Under the pieces are notes generated by a model that saw only the letters and a list, made by a program, of their open reading frames with translations, made no database searches and was not told where the DNA came from. A stretch of 32,000 nucleotides of DNA, from the NCBI RefSeq assembly GCF_000092105.1, contig NC_014148.1, forward strand, positions 3,720,001 through 3,752,000. Direction: 5' to 3'. Positions 1-8,034 of the stretch are shown piece after piece. Origin of the DNA: Planctopirus limnophila DSM 3776. Its GTDB lineage: Bacteria > Planctomycetota > Planctomycetia > Planctomycetales > Planctomycetaceae. Both the position numbers and the translations under genes were made by a program. Within the stretch, counting starts at the first letter, position 1, and each line of letters starts with the position of its first letter.

Positions 1-11
1 TGATCGAGAAC

Positions 12-1022
12 TTAGGGAGCGGTGGCGGGTTTGGCTTTTTCGAGCTCTTTGAGTTCGAGTTTGCGAATGGCGGCTGTGGATGTAAACGAGCAGACGCCGA
101 GAGGTTTGGAGGGGGCGACTTCGATGCGAATGGAGAGTTTGACATCTTTGAGAGGCTGTTCAATGACCTGTTCGCCATCGATCCAGACGACGATGTTGTC
201 ATCGGTGACGCGCAGTTTGATCGCGTACCATTTATTGTTTTCGAACGAGCGGTGAGTGCCGGTCTGGTTCTCGGAAGCATCCATGCCGTCGATGCTGGAG
301 AGGCCGACGAGGCCGCCGCCCCAACCTCCAATAATGAGGCTGCAGGGATCTTCTTTGACGGGGAACGTGAGGCCGCAGAAGAAGTCGCTGCCATCGACTC
401 GCATGGCTTCGATCTGAATTTCGTAGTTGGAGGTGGGGAGTTTGGGGCCATGCCAGGTAACGCCAGTGAGTGGTGAACCGACACCCAGCATCAGTTTTCC
501 ATCAGCGACGGAGACTTCTCCTTCGCCGCCGAACTCTGTGGACTTCCAGTTTTTGAGAGTTTTTCCATCGAAGAGAGCGGTTAATGGAGGAGCTTTTGCG
601 TTGGCTGGCGGGGCGGGTTTTTCATCGCAGGTGGTTTCGTTGAGCAGAGCCTCTTCGGGAGATGGTTCGGGTTGGGCAGTGGCATCGTCACCGACGAGAT
701 CAGGCACAGCGGGAGGCGTGGTCGGTTCTGCGGGAGTCGTCGAAGAAGCTGCGGGAGCGGGAGAAGTTGCGGATGCTCCCAGCGATGGCGACTGGTCGTT
801 CGCTGGAGTTGTGGGTGAAGGTTTCATCTCACTGGCTGGTGCGGATTGGTCTGTTAATCCGACATCAGGAGCTGTGGAGGACGGGTTGGATAGTGTCGAA
901 GTGGAGACGGCATCCGCTGTCGTCGTTGCTTCCACGTTGGTCGCTTTCCCTGAGGGCAAAGGGGCCATGGGCTGACAGCCTGGCGTCGGCAACAAAGTGG
1001 CAATGAGTACCCAGGCTGCCAT
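12..1022 (-). CDS. Exported (possibly lipoprotein) DUF1080 / 3-keto-disaccharide-hydrolase-like domain protein
   Basis: The longest ORF is 12..1109. The Met at 1020-1022 begins a signal-like MAAWVLIATLLPTPGC. A linker of about 130 aa rich in P/T/S/A follows. The C-terminal ~190 aa (LFDGKTLKNWK...GKLML...YEIQIEAMRVDG...WYAIKLRV...IVVWIDGEQV) fits the DUF1080 beta-sandwich pattern as I remember it. Stop is TAA at 12-14. Confidence 0.8.
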   Translation of the reverse strand: MAAWVLIATLLPTPGCQPMAPLPSGKATNVEATTTADAVSTSTLSNPSSTAPDVGLTDQSAPASEMKPSPTTPANDQSPSLGASATSPAPAASSTTPAEPTTPPAVPDLVGDDATAQPEPSPEEALLNETTCDEKPAPPANAKAPPLTALFDGKTLKNWKSTEFGGEGEVSVADGKLMLGVGSPLTGVTWHGPKLPTSNYEIQIEAMRVDGSDFFCGLTFPVKEDPCSLIIGGWGGGLVGLSSIDGMDASENQTGTHRSFENNKWYAIKLRVTDDNIVVWIDGEQVIEQPLKDVKLSIRIEVAPSKPLGVCSFTSTAAIRKLELKELEKAKPATAP

Positions 1023-1306
1023 GTGGTGCTGGAAAACCTTCGTTATGGGGAAATGCGCGAAAGTCAGATTCGAACTGTTGGTTGTTGAACCGATCCACAG
1101 GTTACGCATGGCGACTGATCCGAATAATGGCTGGTTCTTTTGAGAGCTCTCGGATCATAGCAGAAGTGAGGGTCGGTATGCTGCTCAAAAGTGTGGCGGT
1201 CGCTGGGGGATGATTGAAGGTGGGTCGCGCGAAGGCGCGAAGAGAAGGTTGGAAGTGTTGGTGGGCTGGGGGGACAGTAACGTGGTTTGACGCTGGGGAC
1301 TTGCGT

Positions 1307-1338
1307 GAGGAGCACTGCTGGCAAGCCAGCAGTGGCAC
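1307..1338. repeat. REP-like palindromic element, family B (GAGGAGCACTGCTGGC-R-AGCCAGCAGTGGCAC)
   Basis: Arms CTGCTGGC/GCCAGCAG around one central base, followed by TGGCAC. A second copy at 10424..10455 is 31/32 identical. Confidence 0.75.
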
Positions 1339-1454
1339 CCGATGAACCGGCAATAGCAGGCGATAAACCGGCAGTAGCAACCAATCAGCCAGAAGTGGCA
1401 CGCTATGAACTCGTAGTGGCACACGAAGAGTTCATAGTGGTATACGGCGAGATT
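1329..1454. repeat. Six phased, degenerate 21-bp tandem repeats (core AGTGGCAC)
   Basis: The units start at 1329, 1350, 1371, 1392, 1413 and 1434. Positions 3, 5, 7, 9, 12 and 17 of the unit are identical in all six copies. No stop codon in four reading frames. Confidence 0.8.
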
Positions 1455-3406
1455 CACGCGAAGGCCATCACCCGGTGTTTAGCAGGTGGGGCGATCATAC
1501 GTGTGTAGTCTTCCAGAGCACCAGAAGCGACGTCGGGTGATAAGAGGCCCGTGCGAACCAGAGCACCCATGACCGTTCGTGGATCTTCCTGCTGCGTCGC
1601 CAGTACGAAGACGGTTTCTGTCGCGGTCATCAAGCCGAGTCTCACAGCGACGGCACAGAACCGATCGCCCGTAACTTCCTGATGTTTGAGAATGCTGTGC
1701 AGTTCGGCAATGTCAAGATAGCCCATCCGCACGGCAAGTTCGCCGCACTGGACATGTGGAGTCTGGCAATCGAGCAGGACACGAGAGATCGACGGGACAT
1801 CGAGCAATCTCTGCTGGACGAGCCAGCGGCTGAAACGTGTCTGAGTAATGAGTTGCTGGAGCTGGCGGTCGCGTTCATCCATGACGTGACGAAGAATCGT
1901 GCGATTGCGTCCATTGCGTTTGGCTTCGTAGAGACATTCATCGGCAACGGCAATCAGGCGGTCACCAATACCGGTTTCGCCTCGACGAGGAATGGCAATG
2001 GCAGCACCCACACTGACTGTGATTTTGACAGGTGTGGAGCCGAAGCGGAACGCCTCTTTTTCGACGTTCTCGCGAATACGCTCGGCCAGTCGTTCGACAC
2101 CTTTTTCGGAAGGCTGGCTGACCAGGACAACAAATTCTTCGCCACCAAAGCGAGCGAGTGTATCGGCGACGCGAACGGTTTCGGAGAAGATCTGGGCCAC
2201 ACGCTTGAGAACCTGATCACCAAACTGGTGACCAAAAGTATCGTTCACGTTCTTGAAATGATCGACATCGATAAAGATGACAGCCAGCGGCTGGGCAGCC
2301 CGCACACAGCGATGAACTTCTCGAAGGAGAACTTCATCGAAGAATTTGCGGTTATGGACGCCGGTGAGCGGATCATGCAGCGCCTGCTGCTGCAATTCGC
2401 GATTACGCGTTTCGAGTTCGCGCTTCTCCTGCTCGGCGACATGCTGCCGGATGGAGGCCTGGGTGCTGGCGACATGTTCACGCAAAGCGAGTTGTACGAG
2501 TTGTTCGTTGGCCTGAATCATCAGGTCGGCAGAGTTTTGCAGATGAGAGAGACTGACGTTGAAGAGTTCGGCGGCCTGTCGGCAGCGTTCTTCAATGTTA
2601 CTGAGGAAGACAACCAGGTCGTCTTCTGTCATCTCCAGGCAATGGCTGGAGATTTCGCGGAGGCTGTGGAGTGCGAGACCTTTATTGGCCGTGCAGAAAT
2701 AATCGGCGGCGGCGGCACTGAACGCCATGGCGTTCAGCAGCCGGGCGTTGGGATCGGTGCCCAGTTCGAGGACTTTTTCGAGGGGAGCATGATGAAAGGC
2801 AGCTGCATGGATAATGCCTTCGGGCAGCTTCCAGAGTGTCATCATCTGCTGAGCGATCTGGACGTGTGTGAACCCCAGACGAGCTTCTTCGAGTTGCGAT
2901 AGAGTCGTTCCGGGAAGTTTGGCTTCTTCCAGAACAGGAATGTACTCGTTGGGAATAGTTTTGAGCATGGCGAGCCGGCCCAGTTCGAGCAGCAGGCCGG
3001 TGAGGAAGTATTCTCCGCGTTGTGCGGGTTCAAGTTTCTGGCCAATCAGTTCGGCAGTGGCAGCCTGAACGACGGAGTGAACCCAGAAGTTGCGATAATG
3101 TTCGGCTTTGGGGCCAGTCTGGAGAGATTCATCTGTGAGAGAGAAGCTGAGTGCTAAAGAGGTGGCGACGGTTGTTCCCAGGATGGAAACAGCGCGATCC
3201 ATGGCTTTGACTTCGCTACGCACACCGAAATAGCTGGCATTGGCGGCTTTAACCAGTTTGGCACTGATGGCGGGATCGAGTTTGATGGTTTCGACGACAT
3301 CTCGAATTTCTGACTCTGGATCACGCACGATTTCGAGCAATCGGACAGCGACAGCCGGGAGAGTGGGGAGTTGAGCAGAATTCCAGATACGTTCAACGGG
3401 AATCAT
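1454..3406 (-). CDS. HDOD domain - coiled coil - GGDEF diguanylate cyclase with a C-terminal T2SSE_N/MshEN-like repeat tail
   Basis: 650-aa ORF. The N-terminal region matches HDOD (LPTLPAVAVRLLEIVRDPESEIRDVVETIKLDPAISAKLVKAANASYFG). The GGDEF domain reads DPLTGVHNRKFF...VIFIDVDHFKNVNDTFGHQFGDQVL...RFGGEEFVVLV. An RVAD (RxxD) I-site lies 5 residues before GGEEF. About 130 extra C-terminal residues follow. Confidence 0.9.
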   Translation of the reverse strand: MIPVERIWNSAQLPTLPAVAVRLLEIVRDPESEIRDVVETIKLDPAISAKLVKAANASYFGVRSEVKAMDRAVSILGTTVATSLALSFSLTDESLQTGPKAEHYRNFWVHSVVQAATAELIGQKLEPAQRGEYFLTGLLLELGRLAMLKTIPNEYIPVLEEAKLPGTTLSQLEEARLGFTHVQIAQQMMTLWKLPEGIIHAAAFHHAPLEKVLELGTDPNARLLNAMAFSAAAADYFCTANKGLALHSLREISSHCLEMTEDDLVVFLSNIEERCRQAAELFNVSLSHLQNSADLMIQANEQLVQLALREHVASTQASIRQHVAEQEKRELETRNRELQQQALHDPLTGVHNRKFFDEVLLREVHRCVRAAQPLAVIFIDVDHFKNVNDTFGHQFGDQVLKRVAQIFSETVRVADTLARFGGEEFVVLVSQPSEKGVERLAERIRENVEKEAFRFGSTPVKITVSVGAAIAIPRRGETGIGDRLIAVADECLYEAKRNGRNRTILRHVMDERDRQLQQLITQTRFSRWLVQQRLLDVPSISRVLLDCQTPHVQCGELAVRMGYLDIAELHSILKHQEVTGDRFCAVAVRLGLMTATETVFVLATQQEDPRTVMGALVRTGLLSPDVASGALEDYTRMIAPPAKHRVMAFA

Positions 3407-3562
3407 GTTGGGACCTGTGGCAAATCGAGAACCGGAATTGAAAGCCCGCCAGTGGCAGATCCTGATGATTGATCAGGAAACGAATCTGGCAGATCGTAAA
3501 GATCATTTGAAGAGGAGCTAACATGCGGCGGGAAGTCTCCTCGCCTGGCAAAATCATTCGAG

Positions 3563-3928
3563 TTAGACGTGGCAACCAACCCAGCGTTCGAGTTTGTCGC
3601 GCAGGCCATCCGGAGTGAACGGCTTGACGAGGTAATCGGAAACACCGGCTTGAATGGCGAGCACCACACGAGCGCGTTCGGCTTCGGTGGTGATCATGAT
3701 GATCGGGATCGTCGTGTTTCGCTGGCGGATCTCTTTCAGAAGAGTGAGACCATCCATATTGGGCATGTTCCAGTCGCTGAGCACGATGTCGAAGGTGTGC
3801 GCCTCGAAGGCGGCCAGGGCCTGCACACCGTCTTCGGCTTCGACAATGTCGTTTACATTGAGCTTATTGAGGCAGCGCTTCTGGATGGTCCGCATGGTGC
3901 CTGAGTCGTCAACGAGCAAAACTTTCAT
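3563..3928 (-). CDS. cheY: CheY-type single-domain response regulator
   Basis: 121 aa. Motifs MKVLLVDDS, VLSDWNMPNMDGL (the same acceptor-Asp motif as E. coli CheY) and YLVKPFT. AAGGA Shine-Dalgarno 7 nt upstream of the ATG. Confidence 0.9.
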   Translation of the reverse strand: MKVLLVDDSGTMRTIQKRCLNKLNVNDIVEAEDGVQALAAFEAHTFDIVLSDWNMPNMDGLTLLKEIRQRNTTIPIIMITTEAERARVVLAIQAGVSDYLVKPFTPDGLRDKLERWVGCHV

Positions 3929-4090
3929 CAGATGATCCTTAGAGGAGTCTGTTTAACGGGCAAATTGTCTGGTGCTTGAATCTCGTCGAGGCAGAACCTC
4001 AATCGATGGTTACGTCTACTGATGGTCACATGGTGTCAATGGCGTTGATGATTAGCTGGCAGGTTGAGTGTCGCCTGCTGAATTCATGGT

Positions 4091-4606
4091 TTACTTTACG
4101 GGAAGATTTGAGAAACCAACTTCGATGGTGAATGGCCCCAGATCGGAATCGAATGAGAGAACCATCGGGATGACGTTGGACGGAAAATGAACAGTATGGT
4201 CATCGCCTGAGACAACATTCGGAATGCTGATCAGTAACGAATACTTGGCGAGTTGGGCTTTGGCGTGGCCGGCGATCATGTTAGTGACTTCACCGACGGC
4301 ATCGCAGACTTCGGCGTTGACTTGAGTGACTTCTGCTCCGACGAGACGGTGTAGAATTTCGATGGCTGTGGAACTGGTGAGATTGAGCACCAGAGTTCCT
4401 GCTGCCTGACCAGACAGGCCAATGACAGCACTGACACCACTGGAAGGTTGGCTGACTTCTGACGGGTCTGACCGGAGTGAGAGACCGGTGCGTGTGGCTG
4501 TCGCATTGAGCATCGTCGAGAAAACGGTGCGCGTGGCGGCAATCACAGGATTGACGTATTCGGCAGTCATACGGGATGTGGCGGAAGCAGTGACGACTGC
4601 AGACAT
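4091..4606 (-). CDS. cheX: CheX/CheC-family CheY-P phosphatase
   Basis: The N-terminal EYVNPVIAATRTVFSTM is typical of CheX. One CheC-type active-site motif D-x3-E-x2-N-x19-P is present (DAVGEVTNMIAG...SIP). I chose the start at ATG 4604-4606 because GGAG lies 8 nt upstream. The longer ORF up to 4768 adds an R/C-rich, non-protein-like leader. Confidence 0.8.
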   Translation of the reverse strand: MSAVVTASATSRMTAEYVNPVIAATRTVFSTMLNATATRTGLSLRSDPSEVSQPSSGVSAVIGLSGQAAGTLVLNLTSSTAIEILHRLVGAEVTQVNAEVCDAVGEVTNMIAGHAKAQLAKYSLLISIPNVVSGDDHTVHFPSNVIPMVLSFDSDLGPFTIEVGFSNLPVK

Positions 4607-5388
4607 GCAAAGTCTCCTCGTAGATGGGGCCTGGCCCCGACAGGTACGACAGAGCAAACTTAGTTCAGGAATTTGGAGGTGCTGCAAAAATGCAACGATG
4701 GATCGTTTTTTTGCGAGAGAACGAGGAGTTTTTCTGAAGCACGCCAAAGAGGTAACGAGGTTTATCACTGAGGCCAGACGGGTTTTGCCTCGTCGAGAGG
4801 GGGTTTCGAACCACTCGAGTTGCCTAGCGCAGTCAAAGGTTGGCAGGCAGCGCGTGATTTTCAGTTCCAGGCTTTTTGGTCAGAGGAAGTGCTCGAAAGC
4901 CGCCTGTTGGAGAGGATGTAACAGTGACATCTCGGGCGCTGCACATGTGGTGAAAATACGATGAGTGTTCGTCAATCTCCCCATGGCATGAGGTGTTAGC
5001 CTCATTTTTCTATGGGAGCGAAAATATCGACTGGAACTTATGCAGAAGTTGATAGATTAGCGGCGATGTTGCTTTCGCCGCGAACTGAAGTTTTGTGAAT
5101 GAGCCTCCATTCATAAGTGTTTCTACCTGCAGTGAACACAATTGCTTAACAAGCTTGGAAATGATCATTACCCACTTGCTTCTGATGGATTGAGTCGAGG
5201 GTGTGAGATGGTTTTCTGAAAGTGGGCAATGCTGATTGTTCACTGCCACTTCAAGAGGAGTTTTGTCTGCCGCATGCTCAATGCGGTCGTGCAAATGTTT
5301 GAAATAGTTTCCTGGGCGGGGCTAACCATCTCGCAGCCAGCCAGGGAATCATGACGGGCCACATGTCTAACTATCGCGAGACTTTATT

Positions 5389-6243
5389 ATGGTGATGTTG
5401 CCTCACACACCGCTGTCTTTCCCGGGTATTTCGTTTCCGACGACGAGTCATTCTGCTTCCTCAACAGTCACTGGCGTCCAAGCGGTGACAGATCATGCTG
5501 AATCCCTAGGGATGGTCACAGAGACAGCCCTGAAGGATGTCACAGATAAGCAGGAAACCCGAACTTCCGTCAGGCCCCATCGAGTGGGGAATCGTCTGGT
5601 GCGTGTCTATCTGGTTGATGATCATCAGATGATTCTCGATTGTCTTTCAGCTTATCTGACGGCTGACAGTCAGTTTGAAGTCGTCGGAAAAGCGACCAAC
5701 ACTGAACAGGCGCTGCTGGAAATTGCACAGATACAGCCTGATGTCGTGGTCATGGATGTGGAGCTGCCGGGTCGAAGCGTCTTCGATGTGGCCGAAACCT
5801 TGCGCACAAAAGCACATAGCGTTCGCGTGATATACCTTTCTGGTTACGCGAGTGATGTGCTTCTATCGAGGGCCCTGAAGCCTGGATGCTTTGGGTATCT
5901 GCTCAAGGGAGAGCCAGTCAGCGCTATCCGCCAGGCAATTCTTCGGGCGATTGATGGTGAGATGAGCTTTTCTCCGGAGATCCGGCAGAGGCTGGCACAG
6001 GATCCTGTTTCCCGCCGGTTTTCACTCCCGGCAGATACGCCGCTGACAGGCTTGACGGGGCGTCAGTTGGAAGTTCTGCGGCATCTGGCGAATGGCGCCA
6101 GCGTGAAAGAGATTGCCCGCCTGATGCATCTTTCACAAAAATCAGTGGACAGCCATAAATACAGAATTATGCACAAGTTGGGAATTCATGACCGGGTGGA
6201 ACTGGCGCGGTTTGCCATTCGCGAAGGATTGACGAAGCCTTAA
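5389..6243 (+). CDS. NarL/FixJ-family response regulator (REC + LuxR-type HTH)
   Basis: REC motifs: VYLVDDHQ, VVVMDVELPG (acceptor Asp), IYLSGY and YLLKG. C-terminal HTH: LTGRQLEVLRHLANGASVKEIARLMHLSQKSVDSHKYRIMHKLG. The start is uncertain. The maximal ORF begins at 5389. Alternatives are ATG 5512 and GTG 5599, which would give M-RVYLVDD. Confidence 0.85.
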   Translation: MVMLPHTPLSFPGISFPTTSHSASSTVTGVQAVTDHAESLGMVTETALKDVTDKQETRTSVRPHRVGNRLVRVYLVDDHQMILDCLSAYLTADSQFEVVGKATNTEQALLEIAQIQPDVVVMDVELPGRSVFDVAETLRTKAHSVRVIYLSGYASDVLLSRALKPGCFGYLLKGEPVSAIRQAILRAIDGEMSFSPEIRQRLAQDPVSRRFSLPADTPLTGLTGRQLEVLRHLANGASVKEIARLMHLSQKSVDSHKYRIMHKLGIHDRVELARFAIREGLTKP

Positions 6244-6330
6244 GATAACTGCCGGGGTTCTTTCCACTTGAGGGAATTCTGGCCAACACCCAGACTGACT
6301 GTTACGTTGAGTTTCATCGCTCAATCAGAG

Positions 6331-6380
6331 ACTCCCACGATTTCGTGAAAACGAAATGGATCGGGAGTTTCACTTTTTCC
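6331..6380 (+). terminator. Candidate intrinsic terminator after the response-regulator gene
   Basis: Outer stem ACTCCC/GGGAGT (6331-6336 / 6363-6368). Inner stem ATTTCG/CGAAAT (6340-6345 / 6352-6357). A T5 run at 6374-6378 follows. Confidence 0.45.
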
Positions 6381-6601
6381 GGCGGCTGAGAATGGTGTGA
6401 AAGCGTTGGGGTGATCAGTGATCCGGGAGCGAAAAACTTCTCGGGTGTCATTTCTTCCCGCTCAGTTGATGAATCTCATTGCCGTCGTTACCTTATAGAG
6501 TTCCGCGAAGAAGCGACGGAATATCTAACCCCTCACTGGGTGTATGAAGTTTGTCGTGGTATTCGAAGTTATTTGCGTAAATGCAGTTGAGGATAAGAGT
6601 T

Positions 6602-7120
6602 GTGACGACGGCTATCAAGTCTGCTCCCGACCGGACATCATTTGTCAAGCCCGCTGACGTAGCCCCTAAGTGGTTTGTCGTGGATGCGGAAGGTCAAATT
6701 GTCGGGCGTCTGGCAACCCAGATTGCGACAGTATTGATGGGCAAGCACAAGCCTGAGTACACACCCCATGTGGATACCGGCGATTATGTGATTGTCCTGA
6801 ATGCTGGTAAGGTGCAGTTTACGGGTGGTGGAATGGTGCATCCTGAACACCCGGCCTTCACCACCAAGATGGCCAAGAAGAAATACTGGTGGGTCACAGG
6901 TTGGCCTTCGGGTTTGCGAAACATTCCAGCGATTAACCTCTGGGAGAAGAAGCCTGAAGAGATTCTGCGACTGGCCGTTAAGCGCATGCTTCCCAAGACT
7001 GCACTGGGACGTCACATGCTCGACAAGCTCAAGCTTGTTGAGGGGGATGTTCATCCTCATCAAGCTCAGAAGCCAGAGGCTTTCCCAGCTCACCTGATGC
7101 CATCCAAGGTTGTCTCGTAA
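6602..7120 (+). CDS. rplM: 50S ribosomal protein L13
   Basis: KWFVVDAEGQIVGRLATQIATVLMGKHKPEYTPHVDTGDYVIVLNAGKV...LAVKRMLPKTALGRHMLDKLKL aligns by eye with E. coli L13. The GTG at 6602 has GAGGA 8 nt upstream. The ORF track starts earlier, at ATG 6581. Confidence 0.92.
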   Translation: MTTAIKSAPDRTSFVKPADVAPKWFVVDAEGQIVGRLATQIATVLMGKHKPEYTPHVDTGDYVIVLNAGKVQFTGGGMVHPEHPAFTTKMAKKKYWWVTGWPSGLRNIPAINLWEKKPEEILRLAVKRMLPKTALGRHMLDKLKLVEGDVHPHQAQKPEAFPAHLMPSKVVS

Positions 7121-7221
7121 ATCGAATCGCCAGGTGATGAGGCGGTTCATGCTGCTGGTCGCCTTGACGAATCGCACAAGTTACCATTTCTGATCTCGAA
7201 ATTTTTGAGAACGTTTCTGAT

Positions 7222-7764
7222 ATGTCAGACGAAATCACACTTGCCGATCCTACTGCTCCCGCCTCACCTGCCGGTGTCACCACTGGCTCTGAACTGACGC
7301 TCGGAAGCGAAGTGGTTGCTCCTGTTGCTGAAGTTCAGGAAGAGAAGGTTGTTCACCGTCGTGGTCGTATCGACCGGTTTGGCGTGGCGATGGGGACTGG
7401 TCGTCGCAAGACATCGGTTGCCCGTGTTCGTCTGAAGCCGGGCTCGGGTTCGATTACGATTAACGACAGAACCTTTGAAAATTACTTCCCTATTGAACGT
7501 GACCGCCTGAAGATTGAAGCTCCTCTTCGTGCCTGCGAAAAGTACGGCCAGGTTGACATCTGGGTGCGTGCTGAAGGTGGTGGTTCGACCGGTCAGACGG
7601 GTGCTGTGATTCTGGGTATTGCCCGTGCTCTCGACGTGATGTTCCCGAACCTGCATCAAACACTCGCTGATGGTGGCTACCTGACACGAGACAGCCGCAT
7701 GGTTGAACGTAAGAAGTACGGATTCAAGAAGGCACGCCGCAGCTTCCAGTTCTCGAAGCGTTAA
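7222..7764 (+). CDS. rpsI: 30S ribosomal protein S9 with a ~50-aa N-terminal extension
   Basis: GRRKTSVARVRLKPGSG...GGGSTGQTGAVILGIARAL...LTRDSRMVERKKYGFKKARRSFQFSKR is the canonical S9 core and C-terminus. The gene lies directly downstream of rplM. Confidence 0.93.
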   Translation: MSDEITLADPTAPASPAGVTTGSELTLGSEVVAPVAEVQEEKVVHRRGRIDRFGVAMGTGRRKTSVARVRLKPGSGSITINDRTFENYFPIERDRLKIEAPLRACEKYGQVDIWVRAEGGGSTGQTGAVILGIARALDVMFPNLHQTLADGGYLTRDSRMVERKKYGFKKARRSFQFSKR

Positions 7765-7813
7765 TCGGGGAATTTCGAAGCTTGGTTTTGCCTCTTTGAA
7801 GAGAGAAATTTGC

Positions 7814-7851
7814 AGCCCTGGAAGATCTTTGATCGCCAGGGCTTTTTCTTT
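7814..7851 (+). terminator. Rho-independent terminator of rplM-rpsI
   Basis: 8-bp stem AGCCCTGG/CCAGGGCT (7814-7821 / 7836-7843) with a 14-nt loop, followed by TTTTCTTT. Confidence 0.7.
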
Positions 7852-8034
7852 CAATCTGTCGCTGTTCTGGATGATGGTCCCACATGTTAAGGTGATATGC
7901 GACTATCGAACTCGGTACTGACAGTCGATTCCAGCTGGTGAAGTCGTCCATCTGTGGGATCTGAATGACCTGACAGTGAATGTTCGGTGCGCAGAAGAAA
8001 GCAAGAACACGTCGAGCAGAAGAGGAGGTCGATC

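Noticed and set aside
1320-1345. TGGCAC in the REP tails (also at 20189 and 20223) as sigma-54 -24 elements
   Set aside because: No TTGC(A/T) -12 element follows at the required spacing (GG to GC offset of 11 nt) in any copy I checked.
1329-1454. The 21-bp array as a CRISPR array
   Set aside because: The units are contiguous with no spacers, they are degenerate, and no cas genes are nearby.
1682-2902. 406-aa plus-strand ORF inside the HDOD-GGDEF gene
   Set aside because: It is fully antisense to a gene with clear domain motifs, and its sequence is low-complexity with no recognisable motif. This is a typical shadow ORF.
4607-4768. 54-aa N-terminal extension of the cheX ORF
   Set aside because: The extension (MINLVTSLACFRKTPRSLAKKRS...CRTCRGQAPSTRRLC) is R/C-rich and not protein-like. 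The internal ATG at 4606 has a well-spaced GGAG and gives a normal CheX N-terminus.
4795-4815. tRNA-like T-arm sequence GGGTTTCGAACC
   Set aside because: The flanking sequence does not form acceptor, D or anticodon stems on either strand.
4422-4964. 180-aa plus-strand ORF, including a possible 88-aa product starting at ATG 4698
   Set aside because: Its 5' part is antisense to cheX. The remainder is a basic, Cys-scattered sequence without an SD. Only the downstream hairpin at 4988-5009 speaks for it, so it is kept as a finding about the region and not called as a gene.
5010-5294. 94-aa minus-strand ORF in the AT-shifted intergenic region
   Set aside because: It has no ribosome-binding site and no recognisable motif, and the composition looks like noncoding DNA. 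The evidence is insufficient to call a CDS.
6638-7854. Minus-strand ORFs 6638..7177 (179 aa) and 7264..7854 (196 aa)
   Set aside because: They are antisense to rplM and rpsI, whose identity is unambiguous, so these are shadow ORFs.
7852-8034. M-box (Mg2+) riboswitch in the mgtE leader
   Set aside because: Only a loose resemblance (GTTAAGGTGA) to the M-box 5' consensus is present, and I could not find the other conserved blocks. An Infernal scan with RF00380 would settle it.
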